Of a DNA stretch of 64,000 nucleotides, positions 56,101-64,000 are shown in pieces. Under the pieces are notes generated by a model. That model saw only the letters and a list, made by a program, of their open reading frames with translations, did not search any database and was not told where the DNA came from. A program made the position numbers and the translations under genes. The DNA is from a virus. Position 1 is the stretch's first letter. Each line of letters opens with the position of its first letter. The DNA is taken from positions 1 to 64,000 of IMG/VR virus record IMGVR_UViG_3300030090_005798. One strand, 5' to 3'.

Positions 56101-58406
56101 CCCTCAAAAATCGCTCCTTTAATAGCTCCAAAAGCCCCAGCGCCACCTTTCTCTAATATTTTTGTTACTTCTCCACCTTTGTAACTTTTTGGTTTTGTTT
56201 TTACCCCAGTTTTAGAAACCAAAAGATTTAAGCTCTCATTTACTGCGGCAGCTAGATTATCCTCAATGGTTTCTTTTATATCTAGCAAGTGACCAAATTT
56301 TTTATTCCCCTTTAAGTTGGGGCTAATTCCAGCCATACCTCCTTCGAAGAAATCGATTTGCTTTCTTCCATACGGCGTTGCAAATTTATGATCTGCCTTA
56401 TTAGATGCAAATCCCATCTCTTCTGGGATAATCATAACAGCCTTGTTAGGCTTATTATTAGCATAATATGTTTTCTTACCTGCCGCCGAGTCTCTTTTTG
56501 CAATCAGTGCTGCTCCTAATCTGCTGTTAGGATTAGCAATTGCATTTCTAACTTTATCTGTTTTTGGATTACCATCTGCATCAAAAAACTGAGACCGAGG
56601 TCTATTATTAACAGTATCGATATCTAAATAATTAGGAACAAACCCTCTAGGATATCTTGGTATTACAGCAGAATCTCTTCCTCCTGCAAAATTTCTTATC
56701 TCATCCTCTTGATTATTCATGATGAACCTTTGTCCACCAATTGTTCCTTTACCCATATGAGCCTTAACACTTTGGCTAGCCCCAAGCATCATTGCCTCTG
56801 CTTCTTCTGCCCTAAAACCAGCATTAAATCTTCTCCCCCCTCTGCCGCCAAAACCTCCAGTATCGCTAAACCCTCTAACCCCTCTTGCGGCAGCAGCATT
56901 AGCTAAAGACCTCATTAATTGAGCCTGTTGCGATAGCAAAGCATTTTCTCTTTTGATAGCTTGTATAACAGCCTGTTCTCTTTGAGCTTGCGTTAGCGTA
57001 GTATTTGCCATTTGCTTTCTCAGCATGTCATCTTTCTGAAGAAGCTGAACTATACCACCCTCAATTTGTTTTACTCTTTCTGTTTGAGTCCCCATTTGGA
57101 AAAGAGTTTTTAAACCCTCTCCAGCAAATCTAGCAACAAGTTTAGTAATCTTTACAAAAGCCGTTGTAAATATAACAATAGCAGGACCACTTAAAAATGT
57201 TCCAATAGCCTTAAAAAATCCTTTTATAAAAGTGTTTCCTTTTTCTGGGTCTAATGCATTGTCTAAAAATTCTGTAAATTTGGTAGCTATACCAACTAAA
57301 CTTTCAAGAACAGGACCAAAAGTCAAACTACCAACTTTCTCTGCCAAACTTGTCAAGCCAACAACTAATGCATTTATATTAGAAGCAAGACTTTCTCCTA
57401 ACGCTTTATTTTTTTCAAAAGCCTCATTAGTGGCTGTCGCTGCGGTTGTAGCAGCATCTCTAAATATCCCAGTTTCACTACTCAAATCTTTAAGAGCAGC
57501 ACTAACCACGTTAATCTGGAAGACACCACCTGCGAGTTCTTTTATTTTAGAAACGACAGTGGGATCGGATATGCCTTCTATAGCATTTGATAAAGCATTT
57601 AGTTTTTGAACCCCTGTTTGAGTTGCATCAATTTGAACTCCTAATTCTTTTAATTCTTCTATAGTTGTTCCCCTAGCTAATCTAGTAAAAATAGATTTAA
57701 ATGCGTTACCAATAACCGCTCCACCCCTAGCTGTCTTTTGCTCAACAGCAGTGACTAAAGCCAAAAGTTCATCAAAACTAACTCCAGCATCCTCTGCTGT
57801 GGAACCAGCACGGCTAAATGCTTCTGCTAAGTCTTGAGCAGACACAGCGAAAGCCGTATCAACAGCAACCATTTTATTTACAATTTCTGTATGCTTTAAA
57901 CCAGCAGACTCAAAACCATTAATAGCGGCGGTTAATGCCTTAACTGACTTTTCTGCATCTAAACCAGATATCCTAGTTAACACCAACGCAGATTTCAATC
58001 TTGAGGCAGTTTCTTCAGCATTCAAACCTTGACGAGCTAACTCTGCTGCTCCATCTGCAACAGTCGCAAATGATTGTCCCGTTTCTTTAGCAACTTGAAA
58101 TATAGAATTTCTAAACCTGTTAAAGCTTGTTTCTGTGGCTTGAAATATAGAATTAACTTCAATAAGTCTTTTTTCAACTTCAATAGTCGTAGAAATTAAT
58201 TTTTTAAAGGATTGAGTAACTCCATTTAAAACAGCAGTTGTCGCTCCGAACGCAAAAACACGCGCAGTTGAGGCATCCAGAGATTTTTGGAATTCTGAAG
58301 CCTGTCCTGTAATTCTACCTAAAGCTTGCTTAACCTGCTTTGTAGAAGCATTTAAGCTAGCAGTATTTAGCGAAACATTTAGTGAAGCATTAAAACTTTG
58401 TGCCAT
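53187..58406 (-). CDS. Tail tape measure protein with internal cargo region
   Basis: 1739 aa; TP901-type core (A.ELARQG, TARGGAVIGNAFKSIFTR), Gly/Ala TM-like region, coiled-coil C-terminus. Confidence 0.9.
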   Translation of the reverse strand: MAQSFNASLNVSLNTASLNASTKQVKQALGRITGQASEFQKSLDASTARVFAFGATTAVLNGVTQSFKKLISTTIEVEKRLIEVNSIFQATETSFNRFRNSIFQVAKETGQSFATVADGAAELARQGLNAEETASRLKSALVLTRISGLDAEKSVKALTAAINGFESAGLKHTEIVNKMVAVDTAFAVSAQDLAEAFSRAGSTAEDAGVSFDELLALVTAVEQKTARGGAVIGNAFKSIFTRLARGTTIEELKELGVQIDATQTGVQKLNALSNAIEGISDPTVVSKIKELAGGVFQINVVSAALKDLSSETGIFRDAATTAATATNEAFEKNKALGESLASNINALVVGLTSLAEKVGSLTFGPVLESLVGIATKFTEFLDNALDPEKGNTFIKGFFKAIGTFLSGPAIVIFTTAFVKITKLVARFAGEGLKTLFQMGTQTERVKQIEGGIVQLLQKDDMLRKQMANTTLTQAQREQAVIQAIKRENALLSQQAQLMRSLANAAAARGVRGFSDTGGFGGRGGRRFNAGFRAEEAEAMMLGASQSVKAHMGKGTIGGQRFIMNNQEDEIRNFAGGRDSAVIPRYPRGFVPNYLDIDTVNNRPRSQFFDADGNPKTDKVRNAIANPNSRLGAALIAKRDSAAGKKTYYANNKPNKAVMIIPEEMGFASNKADHKFATPYGRKQIDFFEGGMAGISPNLKGNKKFGHLLDIKETIEDNLAAAVNESLNLLVSKTGVKTKPKSYKGGEVTKILEKGGAGAFGAIKGAIFEGVIQAITGGVAQDKGQLDIQFDKARKDLELIFGLQDMNFEFGDFKSSDSIGNKTKYVKQIIDNVAGRIEIGKGKTKVKNEKRRARGFIPNFTRRGGVPMSLMRVHKDDQGEPVAVTNLRDEPNGLQDAIKRERNGVGMFAGGFVPNYNVAKAGPALLRFTKGLFKAENRMTTLGIAFMGLTSAAGTVTAKMEQQHALLDSMNESSKELMNTQEAIAEKGVLAVSDELMARDELTQSLKEQRTVLQSSSEMLMRLAGVGSTVAMLLAFRGQGAGDVSGRGSGGGFFGRRTPSIAPSKIGGVRTVGGSFAAASKDPKLKAAMLNQNKGGMGTGTKFGIAGTVAGIALTASEISNIEKRQDISRQDKRYQKGRALGGGIGATLGGIGASALTGMALGSFAPGIGNLAGGAIGLGAGILGAFGVGKAGQAIGGAAAGGAGDGSNPIDLLNQRIDSFLPSELAEMGFGEDFKKATNKFNERLVKTGNATPEFVTELTNARQEMARFASAVALEESKLEDGESTIELNQAQRDLSMAQRKVKNILLKGAQLSEGQLLKDKEGIEKAELEFARASLEAQKQIVAAQRELAAISQKAVEVAEENLREASIRNILADAITGPMKGASKLSAQQDLTIAGVDSTRAKFGLAQSNLATKEGNFFGSVDNKNLIPDVVREIAGMIEGGQAGELTDEARAQGDAYLAAVGEERAKVKSSGIAFETAVKTAMAGFQVKMTEIEEMKAENAKKIEETLAKSISSAADTIKNIFGGEALDMDFMGQQVGDIVSEINKGEKMDKEALGQMISEFDDQGLGVKVEDLIRQFDPSITAKELRGVLTDVVKVGLGGAETAAGKKLTGAMMPDYLRDKGIDTTDLDTKLREEAKAIEQKLATTKKNIENLLNDEEAGEFAQSVIDAKNAMQQLATNAEESIKPIRMDVQKTETIAGLISTNNQTILDAEEAIKTAQGLIRDAQAELDRAKGK

Positions 58407-58409
58407 ATA

Positions 58410-58422
58410 GTGTAAATTACAC
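58410..58422 (-). promoter_or_regulatory. GTGTAA late-promoter-like motif, here palindromic (GTGTAAATTACAC); representative of 12 copies
   Basis: Plus-strand (t/c)tacac at 3602, 6185, 10277, 13109, 15801, 34973, 37626, 41174, 58417, 61361, 62741 and 62751, each 8-33 nt upstream of a minus-strand start codon. Confidence 0.7.
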
Positions 58423-58425
58423 CTA

Positions 58426-59292
58426 TCAGCTTAAAAAGTCCTCTGCTTTCAACTTACCTCCTCGCATGGCCATTTTGGTTTTTAAATCATCTACACCATG
58501 AGATGTTTTCCCATCATTATGCGGTTTTTCTTCATATTCGAATACTTTAATAGGGTCTCCAGCTATTTCATGCGGAATGTTAACATTTTTTATTTTATTT
58601 AATAAAGCAGAAGAGTAGATAATTAAATTTTTTTGGAAACAGGTTAATTTATCATAAGTAACCCCAAAAATAGATAATGGGTTATTTGATTGAGCCGCGA
58701 AAAAATCAAAAAAACCAGCATGGTAGGATGCATTTAAACAAGTATCTCTACTATTAAGGTGATTAAACTTTGAAAACAAAATAGCAGTTATTGCAGTTTT
58801 TTCTATTTTATCTATAGGTTTTGAAAAGTTTTTATCTTTGAAAACAGATCCATCCACCATTTTTTTTATCTTTTTTACTTGGGCCAAATGTTCTGCGCTA
58901 TAAGATATTATTTTTGCCTTTTGATCTTCTATTTCCTCTAGGTCTTTTCTTTGTGATTCGATTTGACTATTAAAAATTTTTCTTTGAGTAGGGTCTTCTA
59001 TTTTAGCCAACGAAGCTTCCGATTTTTTTAGCATCCATATACTAGATTTTATTTTTTCTTCTTTTTCAACACTCCAAGAACCTAAGTTTATAGCAGACTT
59101 AACCAATTGATCTTTGGTTTTTATTCCATTTTTAATTGATGAGCTTATATCTGTTTGCTCATCAAATTCTAATTTAAGAACTTCAAGTATAGTAAAGTGC
59201 TTGAAGTAGTAATTATGATTTGAGTATTCTATAATAGAATACCCTTGAAGCATCTCTAATAAATCAGAAGAATAAGACTCATGATTCTTCAT
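58426..59292 (-). CDS. Putative tail assembly chaperone
   Basis: Helical, directly upstream of the tape measure. Confidence 0.5.
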   Translation of the reverse strand: MKNHESYSSDLLEMLQGYSIIEYSNHNYYFKHFTILEVLKLEFDEQTDISSSIKNGIKTKDQLVKSAINLGSWSVEKEEKIKSSIWMLKKSEASLAKIEDPTQRKIFNSQIESQRKDLEEIEDQKAKIISYSAEHLAQVKKIKKMVDGSVFKDKNFSKPIDKIEKTAITAILFSKFNHLNSRDTCLNASYHAGFFDFFAAQSNNPLSIFGVTYDKLTCFQKNLIIYSSALLNKIKNVNIPHEIAGDPIKVFEYEEKPHNDGKTSHGVDDLKTKMAMRGGKLKAEDFLS

Positions 59293-60073
59293 CTTCTTTG
59301 AAGACTTCTTTTAAAGCTTCATCAATTGTTTTTTGGTCGTGACCATAATCATTATACCAAATACTTAAAACTCTAATTAAAGTTTGGTAAGACTCTTGAA
59401 ATAGCCTTTGAATTTTTAAAAACTGAACGTCTTTTATATCTTCGTCTTTTTCTTGAAGTGACAAAAGATAATTTCTTTTTTCATTGTAATTCTCTCCTTG
59501 AAACAAAGGAAACAATTCTTTTTTATCTTCATCTTTTAACTCTTCTTCAAAAAAAGTAAAATTAAGAACAAACCATTCAATTAATTTTTGTTCGGCTTTT
59601 GAATCAGCAGTTTGGCTAAACTGACTTCTTAAACTAGCTTCATAAGTCCTGATTTGAGTTTGAGTTGTCGCGAAAGTAACTTTAGCTTGATCAAGCTGTT
59701 TTTTCTGTTCTTCATCAAGATCTTCAGCTTCTCCAAAAAACTCAATAACCCTAGCTGCGTCTGAGTGTTCTACAGCTAACTCCCCAAGAATATCTTCTGT
59801 TTTTTTAGAAGTCATCCCCCCAAGATCTCCCATCTTTTTTGCCAACATAGCCTTTGTCAGAAAACCAGCATTGATAAATTCATTAAATTTTTGACCATAG
59901 AAAAATTCCGCATCCTCTACATCAGCAACACTTGGTTTTGAAACAACTACTCTAGTTTTAACAGAACTCTTAACTTTTTTTGTTGTCTCGACAGGCCCAC
60001 TTTTGGTCTTTCTTACATGAGGAATTTCTTTTTCCACCTCTCTTTTAACATCAAATGAATATAACTCTTTCAT
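59279..60073 (-). CDS. Putative tail assembly chaperone
   Basis: Helical/charged; between tube genes and tape measure; own TTGATA-16-TATAAT promoter. Confidence 0.5.
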   Translation of the reverse strand: MKELYSFDVKREVEKEIPHVRKTKSGPVETTKKVKSSVKTRVVVSKPSVADVEDAEFFYGQKFNEFINAGFLTKAMLAKKMGDLGGMTSKKTEDILGELAVEHSDAARVIEFFGEAEDLDEEQKKQLDQAKVTFATTQTQIRTYEASLRSQFSQTADSKAEQKLIEWFVLNFTFFEEELKDEDKKELFPLFQGENYNEKRNYLLSLQEKDEDIKDVQFLKIQRLFQESYQTLIRVLSIWYNDYGHDQKTIDEALKEVFKEDEES

Positions 60074-60104
60074 CTCTATTATTATAGAGAATAAAATGAT
60101 ATTA

Positions 60105-60500
60105 TCAACTTTTTACGCCGCTGATAGAAATAGATGCTGTAGAGTCCCCATGCTTTTCAAATGTTATGAGACCAACTTTCCCATCATCGACTACTTCTGT
60201 GCCAGTCACATCCAAACCATTAGCAATCAGAACATCTTCACTATAGTAGCTAAATGTATTATCGTGATAATTGTAATGGATATCAAAATCAATAGGGATG
60301 CCACTTTTATATCCCCCCCAAAAATTACCACTTTGATCAAATAAGTAACCTTCGTGTCCCGAAAATTTAACCAACTCTCCCTGTGAACTAGCTCCAGTCT
60401 CTAATAAACGAAATTCAAAGCCGCTAACTGGTGAGTCAACAACTAAACTAACATTATAAATTGAATTTTTATAAGGGCTAAACTCTCCACTGATGATCAT
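60105..60500 (-). CDS. Small structural protein
   Basis: 131 aa beta-rich, 8 SG/TG. Confidence 0.55.
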   Translation of the reverse strand: MIISGEFSPYKNSIYNVSLVVDSPVSGFEFRLLETGASSQGELVKFSGHEGYLFDQSGNFWGGYKSGIPIDFDIHYNYHDNTFSYYSEDVLIANGLDVTGTEVVDDGKVGLITFEKHGDSTASISISGVKS

Positions 60501-61351
60501 TGTAAAATAGGAAAATAGTAAGAAAAGGTTACATTTGTATTATCGTCTAGAGAAGTTGACTCGTCAATTGTTTCTAAACAACAGCCGCTGACTGAAAAAT
60601 CCATAACAGATGTATTGTTTTCTCCTTTTAAATTAATTTTAATTACCCCGCTTTGGCAAACCAAGCTAGATAAATTAAGACCAGTGATTCTTGTTTTAAG
60701 AACAGTGAAACTTAAATCACCCGCCGCTGGTATCTCAGGATATCTAAATCTTGGAGTTCTGGTTCCTAATCTTGTTTTCGGAACTCTAGGAGTATTAACA
60801 CTCAATGAAAAATCTTGTATATTTAAACTCTCAGTATCAATACCTTCATCTCCCGCTGTAATTGTTGTTATCTCAATATCCTCTGGCCTAAAAAAACCTC
60901 CAAAGCTATCATTTGTTTGATCTGAACTACTTAAAGCACCAGCAGATGTAAATGTGGACGCATTGCCTTCATATGTGGTAGACCCTTCTACTAGATCGCC
61001 CACTGAACCATTTAAAGAATAATTCACAATTGATGCTTCTTTTATTGTAGTTACACCAGCAAGATCTTTGATTTGAAAATCAAATTTTCCTGTAGTTAGA
61101 AACCCAGAATGCATTTGCTGAAAACTATAAAAAGGATCTATGCCAGTAGCTCCAGTTGTAAGCATCATATCCATATTTAGAGAGCTTGTCTGATTAGAAT
61201 TCAAAATTCTTTCAGAGATATTTAAATCTCCTAGCTTTCTTATTTCAGATATTTCTTTATTTGTCGAAACCCCCAGTGAATTAATTGCAGGTAATCGCAA
61301 ATTGTTTGCGAAAACTTGGACATCACTAGAATTAATTCTCTCTATCGACAT
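60497..61351 (-). CDS. Tail tube-like protein (paralogue of 61422..62717)
   Basis: Shares NYSLN.SVG, IQ.FSLSV..PR.P..LG..P and SLDDN pattern with the major tube protein. Confidence 0.6.
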   Translation of the reverse strand: MSIERINSSDVQVFANNLRLPAINSLGVSTNKEISEIRKLGDLNISERILNSNQTSSLNMDMMLTTGATGIDPFYSFQQMHSGFLTTGKFDFQIKDLAGVTTIKEASIVNYSLNGSVGDLVEGSTTYEGNASTFTSAGALSSSDQTNDSFGGFFRPEDIEITTITAGDEGIDTESLNIQDFSLSVNTPRVPKTRLGTRTPRFRYPEIPAAGDLSFTVLKTRITGLNLSSLVCQSGVIKINLKGENNTSVMDFSVSGCCLETIDESTSLDDNTNVTFSYYFPILQ

Positions 61352-61366
61352 ATATGTAGTTTACAC

Positions 61367-61397
61367 AAAAAAGCCCCGCATCTCTGCGAGGCTTTTT
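61367..61397 (-). terminator. Intrinsic terminator after the major tail protein
   Basis: GCCTCGCA-GAGA-TGCGGGGC plus U-tract on the minus strand. Confidence 0.85.
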
Positions 61398-61421
61398 GTA
61401 ATATCTTTAATAACAAGTATA

Positions 61422-62717
61422 TTATAGACCTATATTGTAAGGTTTCTTATCATTACCCTTTAAGTAATAATAACCTCTATCAAATCCACCTGCTCCATAA
61501 GTATCTGGCAATGCTCCAGCAGCACCAGAGTAGAACAAGCCTTGATCTGTTTGATTAGAACCTCCAATTTGAGTAGAGAAAACAAGATCAATTGTCTCGT
61601 TATCATCAAGACCTTGAGAGAACCCTTGAGAGTCCAATACAGCCTTTTGCATAACAAAGTTGTGCTTTGTAGTGCCGTCTTCTCCCTTAACGTCCAATGT
61701 GATATTTGTTGTTTCTTCTCCAGCAGAGCCTGTCAAAATCTTGTCAATTTGACCAGCACTGAAGTTTTTAAGCAATGCACTAACAGACATTGTTACGTTA
61801 ATTGGGAAGTCCAAAGGCTTGGCTACTGCTTTAGCAGAACCAAGAGCCTCAATAGGAGTCCTTGAAAGAGGAACCTCAATAGAAGCACTCTGAACATGCA
61901 TATCCCCAAGATCTGTCCCTCCAAATGTAAACGATTCATTTGAGAAACTAAGAGTAACATCTTCTGGCCTAAGAACAAGAACGTCCATGTTTCCAGTGCT
62001 AGGCACACCAAGCATAAGTTGGCCAGTGTCTGCTCTCATTCCATTTCTTGCCAAGGCTGGATTATAAAGACCAGAGTTTGCGGTATCAAATGAAATGTTT
62101 TCGGCTGTTCCATCAATATCAACTCTTGGAATTTCTCCCACAGCGAAGTTAACAGTATAGCTTTCAAAGTTACAGTTTCCTAATGAAACCACATCTTGTG
62201 CTGCTAATTCCGAAGTTGTAAAACGTCCAGTTGGATTATCAATAAAAGACCCTTGAGGCGCGGTAGTTCCTGCTGTTGTAAAAGCATCCTCACCTTCTGC
62301 TGTAGTTAAAACATAAAGGTTTTTCTCTCTTTTAGCAGGGTCTTCGGAAAGAATGCCTTTAATAAATTGATCCTGTAAATCGCCAGCATCATCTTTTCCT
62401 GCTGGGTTAAATCCTAAATTACTCTCATTTTCCCCATTTCCAAGAAAGTATCCAACTGAAAATGATGGGTTTAAATCTCCGAGATTAATAGTTCCGATAC
62501 GCGCTAATTGTCCAAACTCTCTAACGTCCTGTCTTCCTCCTGCGAGGTCAACATCAAAAGAAAATGTGTCAATGCGGTGAAGCTGCGGAGGCAAAATGCC
62601 TGACAGCGCTGAAATTTTGCGAGAAGCTGAATCAGCAGCCCCAAATGTAGGCAAAATACCTGTTGGAGACACATAAACAGCCTTACTCTGCGAGATTACT
62701 CTAGTTCTAGAAGCCAT
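61422..62717 (-). CDS. Major tail tube protein
   Basis: RQDVREFGQLARI, YTVNFAVG, VQSASIEVPLSRTPIEALG, GLDDNETIDL; two GTGTAA upstream and its own terminator. Confidence 0.7.
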   Translation of the reverse strand: MASRTRVISQSKAVYVSPTGILPTFGAADSASRKISALSGILPPQLHRIDTFSFDVDLAGGRQDVREFGQLARIGTINLGDLNPSFSVGYFLGNGENESNLGFNPAGKDDAGDLQDQFIKGILSEDPAKREKNLYVLTTAEGEDAFTTAGTTAPQGSFIDNPTGRFTTSELAAQDVVSLGNCNFESYTVNFAVGEIPRVDIDGTAENISFDTANSGLYNPALARNGMRADTGQLMLGVPSTGNMDVLVLRPEDVTLSFSNESFTFGGTDLGDMHVQSASIEVPLSRTPIEALGSAKAVAKPLDFPINVTMSVSALLKNFSAGQIDKILTGSAGEETTNITLDVKGEDGTTKHNFVMQKAVLDSQGFSQGLDDNETIDLVFSTQIGGSNQTDQGLFYSGAAGALPDTYGAGGFDRGYYYLKGNDKKPYNIGL

Positions 62718-62760
62718 ATTAATATATTAAAGTGAAATGTTTACACTTTCTTACACGGAT

Positions 62761-63645
62761 TTACAATCTAGGGAAACGATAAGTGCATAATTCAAAGTCT
62801 ATATAGCCAATTGAGATGTTTTTATTTAAATTTTCTCTAATTCTCTCTGAGACTATTTTTGAGACTGAAACTTCCTGAATATGAGATTTTGTAGGGCTAG
62901 ACTGAGCGTCAACCAAACTGTCGTAACTATATGGAAAATCTTTTAATGAAAAGGAAAACCCATAAGGAAAATCTTCATATGGGATATGAGTGATATCTTT
63001 TCTTACGGTGTCTCTAAACAAAGAAAGAACAGAATCTAATGTGTAGTTATCAAACGATAAAACCATGACCCTCATTCTTGTTCTTGTATCTTCCTCTCCT
63101 CCAAAAGAAAACTCTGTATTATCTGAGGAGGCTACAGAAATAAAACAAGCAGGTAGGAAATAAGTTGTTTCATCAAATTCCCCCGTTTTACTGTATTGAT
63201 AAGGTAACTCAGTAGCACTATCTTTAAAATCAGAGTGTATTATTATTTGGGCATCTGTGTCATTTGTGATGTAAGTATTTACTTCTTTTACAGTAGAATT
63301 GGCTGTTAATGCAGTAGAGCCTATTTCAGCGCCAGATGCTTGTGGAAATATCAATCTTCCATTTTCGTAATCTGTGAAAACTCCCCCATTTTCATCATAA
63401 TTTCCTGTGATAAAACTACTACCCAAAAAGAAGCCAGAGTTAGGATTGTCTACATTATGCTCACCAACTAGAGATCTATATTTTCCTTGAAAGGCTACAT
63501 GACTTGGAGGCACATCTGGAAAAGAGCCAGAAGTAAAAGCATTATCTAAATTAATCTTATATGCTTTTGCAGAACTACCAAGCAGTTGGTTTTCAAACCA
63601 TAGGTAGAAACTGGATAAAATATTCTGATCAAACTGCGCCTTCAT
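62761..63645 (-). CDS. Tail terminator / neck protein
   Basis: LPACFI..FSFGGE..RVMVL..LDSVLS pattern; directly upstream of the tube gene. Confidence 0.55.
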   Translation of the reverse strand: MKAQFDQNILSSFYLWFENQLLGSSAKAYKINLDNAFTSGSFPDVPPSHVAFQGKYRSLVGEHNVDNPNSGFFLGSSFITGNYDENGGVFTDYENGRLIFPQASGAEIGSTALTANSTVKEVNTYITNDTDAQIIIHSDFKDSATELPYQYSKTGEFDETTYFLPACFISVASSDNTEFSFGGEEDTRTRMRVMVLSFDNYTLDSVLSLFRDTVRKDITHIPYEDFPYGFSFSLKDFPYSYDSLVDAQSSPTKSHIQEVSVSKIVSERIRENLNKNISIGYIDFELCTYRFPRL

Positions 63646-64000
63646 TTATCTAATCTTAATAATTTATTTTTAAAATCTTTTATTAACTTACCAACATATG
63701 GCATTCTTTTAAAACTTACACCAGAAGACCTGTTTTTGGCTTGTATACCTGTTCCAGAAGTAGAAGAGTCGAATCCAGTAGAACTAAATAAATACTGACC
63801 CAAGTTCGTTAAACCTCCCTCTTCAATACTTCTAGCCCAGCTTTTGCCAGCCATCCACGGTATTGGTGTTAACCCATAAATCTCTTCAATACTTGGTATA
63901 AAAAACGTGACTTGATACTTGCCAGCAGCATTCTTTCTTCTGACTTTGAATTTAATTTTTTCATTAAATATTCTAGAAATAACATCAGTTGGTCTATCTC
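63642..64000 (-). CDS. Neck/tail-completion protein, 5' end outside window
   Basis: The frame of the 63642..63854 ORF stays open to the right edge (...IPSIEEIYGLTPIPWMAGKSWARSIE...). Confidence 0.6.
   Translation of the reverse strand, partial: DRPTDVISRIFNEKIKFKVRRKNAAGKYQVTFFIPSIEEIYGLTPIPWMAGKSWARSIEEGGLTNLGQYLFSSTGFDSSTSGTGIQAKNRSSGVSFKRMPYVGKLIKDFKNKLLRLDK

Noticed and set aside
59279-59320. Slippery heptamer T TTA AAA near the end of the first tail chaperone (lambda G/GT-type frameshift)
   Set aside because: A -1 shift reaches TGA within 7 codons; the downstream ORF is in the +1 frame and has its own ATG.
475-62011. Numerous short ORFs antisense or out of frame within long genes (e.g. 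475..723, 5670..6110, 11763..12197, 41201..41635, 57232..57609)
   Set aside because: Shadows of well-supported genes with no motifs or expression signals; only the spanin overlap has functional hallmarks.

Overview
A 64 kb internal segment of a large, AT-rich tailed dsDNA bacteriophage. It uses the standard genetic code, and I saw no tRNA, rRNA, CRISPR array or integrase. From left to right: (1) a >1,079 aa repeat-rich tail fibre that runs off the left edge and is missing from the ORF track; (2) accessory genes and an ADP-heptose-type sugar-nucleotide cluster; (3) a lysis region with holin, CHAP endolysin and overlapping spanins, plus a stand-alone chemoreceptor-like sensor between holin and endolysin; (4) a Clp ATPase and a bacterial-type replisome (DnaE split around a DnaQ-like exonuclease, primase, DnaB, RecA); (5) a tagD/glycosyltransferase/gmd operon and class Ia RNR; (6) a strand switch near 37.7 kb carrying a candidate small RNA next to a phage sigma factor; (7) more glycosyltransferases; (8) a tail module with tape measure, chaperones, tube proteins and terminator. 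The spanins and a porin-like gene indicate a Gram-negative host, and a TIGR02597-like gene hints at Verrucomicrobia. The best candidate for a new system is virion O-glycosylation: about 10 glycosyltransferases plus heptose, deoxysugar, glycerol-phosphate, methyl and sulfate enzymes co-occur with strong [S/T]-G dipeptide enrichment in a subset of structural proteins. Other highlights are a possible sensor-gated lysis cassette, a nuclease-like cargo domain bracketed by GF(V/I)PN(Y/F) motifs inside the tape measure protein, and a recurring GTGTA(A/G) late-promoter-like motif. All family calls come from motif recognition by eye; no database searches were run.
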